DNA of 64,000 bases, from NCBI GenBank assembly GCA_004022145.1, contig RCNU01000004.1; one strand, written 5' to 3'. This document shows positions 12,139-22,763 of this stretch, in pieces. The notes below the pieces were generated by a model. The model ran no database searches, was not told the DNA's origin, and was given only the letters and a program-made list of their open reading frames with translations. Origin of the DNA: Paecilomyces variotii (taxonomy: Eukaryota). The number at the start of each line of letters is the position of its first letter. The stretch's first letter is position 1. Position numbers and translations under genes: made by a program.

Positions 12139-13173
12139 TTATTCATGGCCGAACACCCTCTTGGGCTCATACAGGTCATCAATGCTCTTCAACTCAGCGG
12201 GACTGAGCTTGAAGGAGATTGCCTTCACTGCCTCGTCCACTCTCTCCTTCTTGTTCATTCCCAAAATCGGCGCCGTGATAAATGGCTTCGAAAGGGACCA
12301 AGCAATGGCCACGATGGCCATCGACACACCATGCTGCTGGGCAATTTGCTCCACTTGCTCGTTGATTCTCTTGTCGGTCTCTGTAGTCTGTTGGCCGTGG
12401 AAACCAGGGCCTTGGAACTCTCCGCGTGAGGTTTTCGAGAAGTCACGCCAGGGTCGAGCCAAAAATCCCATTGCAAGGGGGCTCCAAGGGATCCCACCCA
12501 TTCCGAATTTGGCACACGCAGGATACATCTCCCTCTCCTCCTCTCGGTAGATGGCGTTGTGAAGATTCTGCATCGAGATAAACTCGGTCCAGCCATGCAT
12601 GCGAGCGGTGTATTGATACTCCAGGAGCTGGTGAGCCCACATCGATGACGCACCGAGGTAGCGCACCTTGCCGGACTTCACAATATCATGAAGCGCCTCC
12701 ATGGTCTCCTTCACCGGCGTTCGGGGATCGAAACGGTGGATCTGCAGCAGGTCGACGTAGGGCAGATCGAGTCTCTGCAAGCTGGCTTCGATGCTCTCGA
12801 AGATATGCTTTCGACTCAATCCGTATTGATTCACATAGCCGGCGTTGTCCTTTTCATCATCTGTCATTGACATGGGCTGTTCGGAGCCGCGGCCGACTGG
12901 CGCCCACAGTTTGGTTGCGATGACAATGTTTTCACGGCGCCATCCGTATGTTTTGATCGCCTTGCCCAGGATCTCTTCCGACTTGCCACTGGAATAGAGG
13001 TTTGCGGTGTCGAAGAAGTTCAGGCCAGATTCGTAGCAATAATTCAGCACTGGCAGCGCTTCGTCTTCCAAGAGCGACCACTTGTAACGGCCCTCGCCGT
13101 TCCCAAAACTCATGCATCCCACGCCAATGGGGGCGATGCGAAGACCGCTGCTTCCCAGTTGCACGTATTTCAT
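12139..13173 (-). CDS. Aldo-keto reductase (aryl-alcohol dehydrogenase / YajO-like)
   Basis: GVGCMSFG, FFDTANLYS.GKSEEILG, IATK, GLSRKHIF, DLLQIHRFD, VRYLGASSM, QNLHNAIYREEEREM, IPWSPLA; intronless; catalytic D-Y-K-H tetrad positions present. Confidence 0.93.
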   Translation of the reverse strand: MKYVQLGSSGLRIAPIGVGCMSFGNGEGRYKWSLLEDEALPVLNYCYESGLNFFDTANLYSSGKSEEILGKAIKTYGWRRENIVIATKLWAPVGRGSEQPMSMTDDEKDNAGYVNQYGLSRKHIFESIEASLQRLDLPYVDLLQIHRFDPRTPVKETMEALHDIVKSGKVRYLGASSMWAHQLLEYQYTARMHGWTEFISMQNLHNAIYREEEREMYPACAKFGMGGIPWSPLAMGFLARPWRDFSKTSRGEFQGPGFHGQQTTETDKRINEQVEQIAQQHGVSMAIVAIAWSLSKPFITAPILGMNKKERVDEAVKAISFKLSPAELKSIDDLYEPKRVFGHE

Positions 13174-13894
13174 TTTGCTCAAAGTACCTATGTTTACCTC
13201 AAATGCTAGTATAGGTGAAGAAGGAGAATACTTTGGATTCTGGATTTTGGAATTTTGGAATTTTGGAAATCGGAGCTCTACTTATATTCCCAAGTCTCTC
13301 CTCCATGACTATTATCCCCGGGATCTTCTTCATAGCTTTGAAGGAGCTGTAGAAGGCCTCATGCAAGATGATGACAAAACAAGTCTGATTGGCCGAGGCA
13401 GTGAATCCCAACTTCTAAGTAGTCAGAGTAATTCACCCCCGAGTGAATCAGTGCCGTATTGCATACCTACAAATTAGCCAGATTAGCAGCGCAATTCTTC
13501 CCATCTGCCATCTCAACCACAAAACAAATTAGAAGGATTAATCTTTGTTACGGGATTAGTAGCCAGGTACGGTCTAGGCATAGCCCATAGCCCGGGACAT
13601 CATATATATCCTAGTATATTAGCTTTCCCCTCTGTAGGGAGGAATAGGATCATCTTCATCCCTAAATTCCATCAGAATCGTCGAGATTCATCAACAGTCT
13701 TGGAATATATAAAACACTAATATATCATCTATATCTATCTATTTACCAGATTTCCTCTAAAAATCTATAATTCCCTAGACAATATAAAATGCCATTCTAT
13801 CGAATCCCTAACCCAAGAAAAAAAAAAGGCCTGAAGAAGGTAGTCCGGGTGTCTCATATCTGTCACGCATGAGGCCTGACGCTCATTTAGAAAT

Positions 13895-14925
13895 GGGATG
13901 TACTCCACTTTGCAGAAAAAGACATCGAAGCAACCTTGCAGGACGCCAACGAGTACATCACCTCTCTTGAAGAATACATCCCCATGTCGAAAATCGAATT
14001 GGCATCCATGAGAAAAGAATTAGCAGAAACGAAAGAGAAGAGGACGGTGGTCAAATCTATGCCCTTATCCATAGGCACAGGTGCTGGTTTCGTCGGGCAA
14101 GTCTATCGTCTCGAAGAAGATCATTGACTGGGCGTTTGTCGAGGCCGCTTCTCCCGAAGTACGTATTCGGATCAAATACAATGCCTCACATCCCGCTGAA
14201 GAAGGTCCCATCCATATACGGCCATTATCTGGCTGTGGCTCCAGAAGGATCGGTTTAGGCCCATTTGGGCAGCTTCAGAAAGGGGCCTAGTACATACATC
14301 AAGATATGCAGGATGACTGATTTCACAGCGGGTGTATGTAATGGAACACTGACTTATTATAATCAGCCTAAGAGCACAGCACCGCTATGATGAGCAAGGC
14401 TACCAGATCAGCGTGGCGCCGAGTCTAACATCACGCCCAACTATTCCACTAACGAAGACCGACTCACACTCGCAAAGACGCTGTACCGGCAATACCTCGC
14501 ACGCCTCAACGACAACCTCATACAGTTTCAGCGCGAATACGCTACATGGCAGCGCGAACGTCGCGCCTGGGAGTGGGACGTCCTCCAACAGAATCTGCAA
14601 CGTCCTCAGACTGCTTGGCCCGACCAGACACCAGAAGCAGAGAGGAGTACGTTATTCTGGACAAGTCCACCGGCAAGCCCAATCATACCTACCCAGACAT
14701 CGTTCTGTGCAGCGGGGGACTCCGGCTCGTTTGTTCTGGACAATATGGGACAGATCTAAGGTAATTTGCTACACAGAGAGCTGTATGGGGGATGTGGTCA
14801 TCTCGGGGATTCATTCGACCAGTCAGTCAATCTATGTCCAAGCTGGGCTGGCGACGTCGATGAGCGACGGCATTCAGTCAGTGCAATATCGCACCACTCC
14901 CAGAGATGTGAACGGTGACAACCTG
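13895..14925 (+). pseudogene. Degenerate fungal trypsin-like serine protease gene (frameshifts, stops, internal insertion)
   Basis: Motifs in the expected order across changing frames: VLVSSG..IIDWAFVE (14081-14143), QKGA*YIKICRMTDFTAGVCNGT (K.GRTT..T.G..NG-like, 14276-14349), EEYVIL (14642), SFCAAGDSGSFVLDNMGQI*G (14700-14762), AGLATSMSD.IQSV. Confidence 0.7.
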
Positions 14926-14954
14926 CCTCGCGAACAGGATGCTGCTTCTAGCAG

Positions 14955-15114
14955 CCATCGCATCTTGGCCACGTTGACCCAGTCACGTGGCGACGTGCAG
15001 CTCCCCCAATGCACACACTGCCGCCGGGGCCTCGGCCCTTTCGACGAGTGCGTCGCGTTGGGCGATGTCGCGGACCACACCTGTGCCAATTGTGCGTGGA
15101 CGGGTGATCGTTGA
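14955..15114 (+). pseudogene. DUF3716-like Cys-rich domain fragment
   Basis: ATLTQSRG...CTHCRRGLGPFDECV...CANCAW matches the CxxC-GPF-C-CANC pattern of fungal DUF3716; no own start codon or N-terminus evident. Confidence 0.55.
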
Positions 15115-15553
15115 AGGTCCCTTGCTGAAAGTTCTATAAGATCTGTTACATCTCACTGTTTTATCCCTCTCGAACCCTCCTCTCATAGGTCCTTCTCCTT
15201 TAACTCTGATCATTGCCGCACTCTCTATTCTATCTACCGCGTATTCATCGCACATCACAATGATAAGAACTGGCTTAGTTAGAAAATCAAGTTTCTATTA
15301 GCTAGAGATTTTATTGACAATCATTGATGGCTAATGCTTCTATAGGCCACACATGGGACCACACAGGGAACTTTATCCTCCGACCGAATGCTGAGCAATC
15401 TACTTCAGTTTGGAGAGCAAACCAAGGTCCATCCTTAATGCTCTTGCCATCAAGATAGGCATTCGATCCAACAGGACCAAAAGAAGCGGATCATTTTCTC
15501 ATAAGATCTCAAAGAAGAAGCTTCCCTATCGTCGTCACCATCATTGTGATCTA

Positions 15554-18500
15554 TTATTCGACGTAGTCAAACCCAGCGCCACGACACTGTTTCCAGAACG
15601 TGCGGACTAGCTCCTTAGTTTTGGCTGATCCACGCGCAGCAATCAGCATCGCAAGGAAACGCTCTCTGTCTTGTGGGGACGGAAGAGCGCCTTGGCTCTG
15701 AGACGAGTCGGATCCCAGAGACGCCAGTGCAACAGACAGATGTAAACGGGCAGCACCCTGCTGCCGGAAGATAACTCTTTTGAGGACCTCAACGAGATGA
15801 TCGATGTCGGATCGGGCACAGCGCCCAGCTAACTGCGTGATTAGAATCTGGCAAAGAGTGGGTAGACACTCCTTCAGGGCGTCCTCAACAGCCTGCGACG
15901 CATTGGCCTCCCTACCGATGGGGAGATTGAGGACGCTGACCCAGAACTGAGAGGCAGAGCGAAGTGGTAACGGATCAGCTCCCGAGAGAGCCATGAAGGT
16001 AAAGCTAAGAATAGTTTCAAGAATCGGTCTTTGGGGATGGCTATGGCCCAAAAGTCCAGTGCCACCGCGCCGGTTGAGCTCGTCGCGCGTAGGTTCTGGG
16101 GGAGAGGAAGTGAGGGAAAAGAGGATGGGATGATACTTGGGCAGTAAACGAGTAAGGAAGTCAATACCACTATTAGCAATCTCGGGATCGTTGTATTGTG
16201 GATTCTCTAGCATCCAGCAGAACGTCTCATATACATGGACGATCAGCGACACGGCCTCGTTGCTGATCTGCTGGGGATGGTCTCTGTGTGAGGCCAGGAA
16301 TGCTGATGCCGTGCCCATAACTATATCCGCCCCGGGGCTTCCTAGCGGGATGCTTTTGACGAAGTTGACAGTGGTCACGGGAGGAAAGACATATGGTCCA
16401 GTTTTCTCCGTGTAGCCTGCTTTGAGGATATCACAGGCTGCTTCGATGATGCCCACGTTGATGGGAAAGTCATTGACTAAGATGTGCATGCATTGCATAA
16501 TCAAGGCCTGGGAAACAGCGCCAGGGCCCGTATTCCAGAATGTAGCCGGGTATGGATCTGTCGAGTCACGGTCTAGGTCGACGACCGCATCACCATCTGT
16601 ACGGAGACCCTTGCCAATACTGGCAACGCAGCGCAGAACCAAGTGGGCATGGCCCTGTGCTGCTTCGGTTTCGCCTCGCACAGCTTCAGCTCGAGCCACT
16701 TCAGCCTGTTCCTGGAAAAAGCGCAGGAGGCGCTCAAGGCATTCTGCTTTGTCTTGGTCTGTAGGTAGTGTCTGCACAATAGCTGCTATACCCTCTAGCA
16801 CACGCTCCATGTTCTGGACAGTGGCCGTAGGCTTCATGCGGAATTGATCGAATTGATTCAAGAAAGTTGGCAGAACCGGTGTCAGGGATTGGCGACATGA
16901 TTTGCACAGAAACGAGATCGACTTGGATGCCGCTGTAGCGCACGAAGCTACGTCCAGGGACGAAAACAAGAAGTTTAATACCGGCAGCAGCAGCGCGTGC
17001 GTACGTTCAAAGAACGATTTGTACCGACCCAGCATGTCCACGAGAGTTTGACGTGCCTTGTCTGAGATCTGTACTTCCTGGCCAGCACAGAGAGTTGCAA
17101 ATTCGTTGGTGAAGAAAATAGCGTTGAGGCACTGGTCAGCGTGTTCGTTCTCGTCAACTGCCTCCGATAGATGCCCGAGACAGAAGATTGATGCCTCGAA
17201 CGTTCGCCAGTCCTGACTCTCCATAGCTGATTTCGCCTTCTCCTGAAAGACCTGAATGAGCTCAATGCCCAAGATCGGGTATGCTGCGAGCAGAAAGTCG
17301 CACACATCGCGGCGGAAAGTGTTGAATTCGATTTTCTCGTCATCACTCCAACCTTGAAGATCCTGGGGCTCTGGGTACATCAACTTCGCGAAACAGTCAA
17401 GGACGGCACGGGCTAGATTCTGCTTAGCTCGGTCAATGCTAGGCGGCTCCGTATCAAAAAAGACACCCTGAAGCTCATCGGCCATTTCAGTCCACCACTC
17501 AAGCAGGTAAGGACAGGCCTCATCATCAACAGCCGCATATCCTGGCCCATGGAACAGCGTGTGCAAGAACGTCAGAACGTTTTCGTGTTCCGGAGTCAGA
17601 GGCTCTATCAAGATATCCCTGTATTCCCGGCTTGCGTAGGCCAATAACAGCTCCAGGAAGACCATATGGTCGTCATCGTAAACACCTTCTACGAGTCCGA
17701 CAACGTGAGCAGCACCAACATCACTGACAATGAATTGTAGAATCGACGCCAGATGCTCTTGATTCAAGATATTATCCCTCGAGTGGAGCAAATCAGTCAC
17801 TACTTCAGTTGCAGTCTTTGATAAAATGGGCACACGAAGGCTCTGGATAACTCGCGTGGTAGGTGAGGCTAGTCGGGACGACGGGATGGGATCCCGCGCT
17901 CGTATCGAACCGCGCACGGTCAACCACACCTGTGATTGTCGGGTGAGATTGATTCCACTGGTCAAGCGAGGCCAAAACTTACATTGTACGAAGTAATCGC
18001 TTCGTTTCCAGGTCCAGCATTGGTGTCCTGACCTGGAGTTTCCTGCTGAAGAATGAGACTCAGGACAAACTCAGACAGCGTCAATGCATCCTCGATGTTC
18101 TCTGATATAGGATGGTCGTCACCACTAATATCATCATTATCAGTTTCCGGCATCGTACTTCAGAGGAAATGCCCACTCACCTGCGGCGGGACTCCATGGA
18201 CCATTTTGACGTCTCCTCTGCAAGAGCCGCGGAGAAGTACAGCAACGCGACAATCTGACTGTGGCCCAGATGCGGTAGGGTTGCAGTCTGGAAGTCAATT
18301 GACCGAGACTGCTCCTCTGGGACATATCTCCCATGCGCGAGACAGACAGCCAGGTTCCACAGGGCACGTCTCCATGGTGCATTAGGTTTGAGAAAGATGG
18401 CGACAAGACTTGATGCCAATTTGCGGAGAACCAGAGGCTTCTCATCACGACCAGCAAATAGAACAAAATGGTTAATCAGACGCTCCAGAAGCTCACGGGC

Positions 18501-18895
18501 ATCATTTTCCGTGAGATTGGACCTATTTTCTTCGATGTCAGCAAAAAAAGAAATAGAAGAATCTGCAGGTTCATGGCGATGGCTAACCAGTCTTGATTAA
18601 TCTTGACTATGAACGTCAGGGCACCCATGAATCTGGCATCTGGGTTGCTACTACCCATCAGACCATCCGCGACGATCCATCCTTGGGGGCTTCTCTGCAG
18701 CAACTGCAGATGCTCCTGAAGCTCTTTGACTTTGGTGGGGTTCCGCGCATTCGCCGGATCGTAGAGCTGGGCCACAGTCTATATCTCTGACTGTCAGACC
18801 TTCTGTAAGCGCAGTCTTGGATATCTGATACCAACCTCGTTGGCCCCTGCCACCAGGGCCTGTGGATCTGGGGTCTGACCCAGCCCAGCAGACAT
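15554..18895 (-). CDS. Importin-beta family karyopherin (importin-13 / Kap122-like), about 5 exons
   Basis: MSAGLGQTPDPQALVAGANE spliced to TVAQLYDP...LQRSPQGW..ADGLM.S....RFMGALTFIVKINQDW; HEAT-repeat body (FRRDVCDFLLAAY, WRTFEASIFCLGHLSE); C-terminal GRCARSDID and FWKQCRG. Confidence 0.88.
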
Positions 18896-19673
18896 GGCCG
18901 GGTTCGTTCTCGTCCACACTAGCTGATATAGATCCAGACACAACCAGGGGAGCGATGCCAAGCCTGGAGAATCTTCAATCACGTGTATATGACGCTAGGA
19001 CAGAAATGAAAGGCGGTGAGCTTGCATGGGGGGAATAGACAACAGGAGAGGGGCACAAACGACACTGATTTAGAGAGGCGCGTGAAAGACAAGAAGAATT
19101 TTTAGAATAGACGAGCGGACAAATAATAATCTGCGTGTGGCATAACTTATCCTCACTTGCTGCCAGTGCAGTGAGCTTGACTAGTTTATGCTTCAGAACT
19201 ATGCAGCGCCTCCATTGGCACCCTGTCCCATTGACTTGGGAAGCTCTTAATGGTAGTGGGTGTGCAGAGAGAAACTGTGCGGATAACTAATACTGGTACT
19301 TAACTAGCAGCCCCTACCTACTGACCGGCGCCTATGGGGCTCCGTTGTCGCTAAGCAGCCACGGGCGCTGTACGGCAGTGTCTTTACCCACAAGCATTAC
19401 AGAGGATTTAACTAGTAGCCTTAAGCATTATTATTAACTAGCTAGCTAGCTTTACCGGTGACTGCAGTGTTAAAGTACGCTTGTGCTGCCAGACTCCGTG
19501 TCACACTCCGCGCACGCGATCTCCTCTGTTGTTATCTCCACTCCAATTATTGTTGCTCTGCGGGCTCAAGCTAGTTCGCTCGTCCACCTATTCCGGGAGT
19601 GTGCACATCCCCGAGAATTTAGATTCTCATTCTTAGGCCCTTTGTCGACATCGCGGGGTCACTTCGTCTGCCG

Positions 19674-22139
19674 ATGCTTTTCTGCGGGCGTCCGTTTCGT
19701 CACACCTGGATATTTTCCTTACCCTTGCGACAGCCGCTCTCGCGACAGTCTACAAAGCTCTTTTCTTCTTACTCTCCACTCCGCGCTGTCGACATGGAGA
19801 AGGTAGACACTACTGAGCGCCTGGCAAAGCTCAGGCAGCTCATGTCAGAGCACAAGGTTGACGTATACAGTGCGTGCCCTCGGTTCATGCCCCCGAAAGA
19901 GCTAATCGTCTCATGCCTTTCCAGTTATTCCCAGCGAGGATAGTCACCAATCCGAATACATCGCGCCATGTGATGCTCGTCGAGGTTAGATTAGTCCCGC
20001 ACGATCGAATTCCGCGCCCTCGTCAGCTCGCAGGCTTACCCATAACTGCAGAATATATCTCTGGATTCTCCGGCTCCGCAGGAACGGCCGTTGTGTCGTT
20101 AACAAACGCAGCTCTATCGACAGATGGCCGGTATTTTAACCAGGCCGCCAAGCAGTTGGATGACAATTGGTTGCTGTTGAAGCGTGGACTGGAAGGCGTC
20201 CCGACCTGGCAGGAATGGTATGCGCTCTGTTGCAAGACTGGAAGGACGGGTGTAGACTAAGCGGATACTAGGACAACGGAGCAAGCAGAGGGTGGAAAAG
20301 TCGTGGGTGTCGACCCGAGTCTGATCACAGCCTGTATGTGATCATTCCGTTTATGGGACACTGCCGAGAGATGGGTGCTGATATCTTGCAGCAAGCGCCC
20401 GCAAGCTCTCAGAGACGCTCAATAAAAACGGCTCCTCTTTGGTAGGAATCCAGCAGAATTTGGTCGATCTTGTCTGGGGCAAGGACCGTCCGGCTCGTCC
20501 AAACGAGAAGGTCAAGGTCCACCCGGAGAAGTTTGCTGGAAAGTCTTTCCAGGAGAAAATCAGTGACTTGCGAAAGGACCTTCAGACGAAGAAACGGGCC
20601 GGATTTGTTATTTGTGAGCGCTCAGATCCGTATCACTCCTAACAGGACAGATACTAACTGAAATAGCAATGCTTGATGAAATTGCTTGGCTCTTCAACTT
20701 GAGAGGGAACGAGTAAGTCATAGCCATTATGGGTCCAGGCGGTTCGGATCTCTGACACTCACGCAGCATCCCTTACAACCCCGTGTTCTTTTCATATGCA
20801 GTGATTACTCCCACTACAGCGGAGCTGTACATCGATGCCGAAAAATTGACCCCAGAAGCGAAGAAACATCTTGGCCAAGACGTCGTCATTAAGCCCTATG
20901 ACACCATATTTGCTGATGCGAAGACCTTAAGCGCGAAAGCCCCGACTGCGGCTGATAAGACACCTACGAAATTCCTCCTGTCCAACAAGGCTTCCTGGGC
21001 ACTCAGTCTAAGCCTGGGCGGAGAGGGTCAGGTCGAAGAGGCTCGAAGCCCCATCTCTGATGCAAAGGCCATCAAGAATGAAGCGGAGGTGGAGGGCATG
21101 AGAGCTTGTCATATCAGAGACGGTGCTGCTCTCACCGAGTACTTTGCCTGGCTTGAAAACGAGTTGGTTAACAAACATACAAAGCTGGACGAGGTTGAAG
21201 CAGCAGACAAATTGGAGCAGATTCGGTCCAAGCATGAGAACTTCGTCGGCCTTTCATTCGACACCATTTCTTCTACAGGCCCCAACGCGGCTGTTATCCA
21301 TTATAAGCCTGAGAAGGGAAGCTGTTCCGTAATTGATCCCAAGGCTATCTACCTCTGCGACTCCGGCGCCCAGTATCTGGATGGCACTACCGACACCACA
21401 CGCACATTCCACTTTGGCCAGCCTACGGAATTCGAGAAGAAGGCATTCACCCTGGTCCTTAAGGGTCTCATCGGAATCGACACCGCAGTCTTCCCCAAAG
21501 GAACGAGCGGCTTTGCTCTTGATGCTTTTGCAAGACAGCACTTGTGGAAGGAAGGCCTGGACTATCTTCATGGCACCGGTCACGGAATCGGGTCCTACCT
21601 GGTATGAGATCGATGTTGACGCACAACGAATTGGTATCTAATGGCACACAGAACGTCCACGAAGGTCCCATCGGTATTGGCACGCGCGTCCAGTATTCTG
21701 AGGTTTCGCTGTCTCCAGGAAACGTCATTTCCGATGGTATGTCACCCACCCCTTCCTCCCGAAGTCATCCGTCTAATTGACAATTTGTAGAACCCGGTTA
21801 TTACGAAGATGGAAAGTTTGGTATCCGTATCGAGAGTAAGAGCGACCTTCTGGTTCCAGAAGATCATTACATATAGCTGTATACTAACTCCTTGTAGACG
21901 TGATTATTGCTCGCGAGGTGCAAACGCGGAACCGTTTCGGTGACAAGGCGTGGCTGGGCTTCGAACATGTTACCATGACACCCTTGGGTCGCAATCTGAT
22001 TGAACGATCCCTGCTGACGGAGGCAGAGATCAAATGGGTCAATGACTACCACGAAGAAGTCTGGGAGAAGACGCAGCACTTCTTTGAGAAGGACGAGTTG
22101 ACGCGCACCTGGCTGAAGAAAGAGACTCAGCCCATTTAG
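19674..22139 (+). CDS. ampp: Xaa-Pro aminopeptidase P (M24B), multi-exon; alternative start at 19794
   Basis: [28 protein letters not shown], metal-binding motifs [58 protein letters not shown]. Confidence 0.95.
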
Positions 22140-22763
22140 ATTAAGGTTGCCTTGTAAATATCCATCATCAGACGACGACATAGATCCGGCATCGTCTGCC
22201 TCGAGACGGGAGCATAGAGGGCGCTCTATATTTCTAGCCTTTTTGGACTTTGAATGCATATAAATAGAAAGTAGAATACATTTGCGGAGGTATTCTAACA
22301 CCAATCATTTCAAATCTTGATAACAATGCAGTCTACTGTCTGTCGGCATCCCGCGGGGACATGACAGGCGCTGTCCGAAAGCTTGTGTGGGGAAAGGAGA
22401 GCATCTCGCCGCAGTCAGCCTAAGTACCGCTTTCTCACGCATACAATTGCCCGACGACTTCTTCACTTCGTGCGCAGAAGGAGTTCCGCGCCCTGGTCTT
22501 CTCTCATAGGCGGGTCCTATAGCTTGTCCTAGCGGTGATTTCCTTCCCGTAAACGGGAATCAATGAAGGGGTGAATCACAGTCGAAACAGTTCAACCATC
22601 TCGAGACTTGACAACAGGCAACGAAGGCACGACCACCGACCGCCGACCCAACCTCAATCAGTTAGTTATTTATCTCCGCCGGGATATCAAATAGCCCGCG
22701 AGCTAGCGCGCTGAACGACTTCGAATTTCTTTGTACGCGTCTACGACCGATCGGAAATCTGGC

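Noticed and set aside
14413..15114. 233-aa ORF as an intact gene
   Set aside because: It starts at a GTG inside a pseudogene and reads the GDSGS region out of frame; it is a mosaic of fragments.
9900..15300. Accessory interval as a Starship or other giant mobile element
   Set aside because: No tyrosine recombinase (DUF3435) captain and no terminal direct or inverted repeats found.
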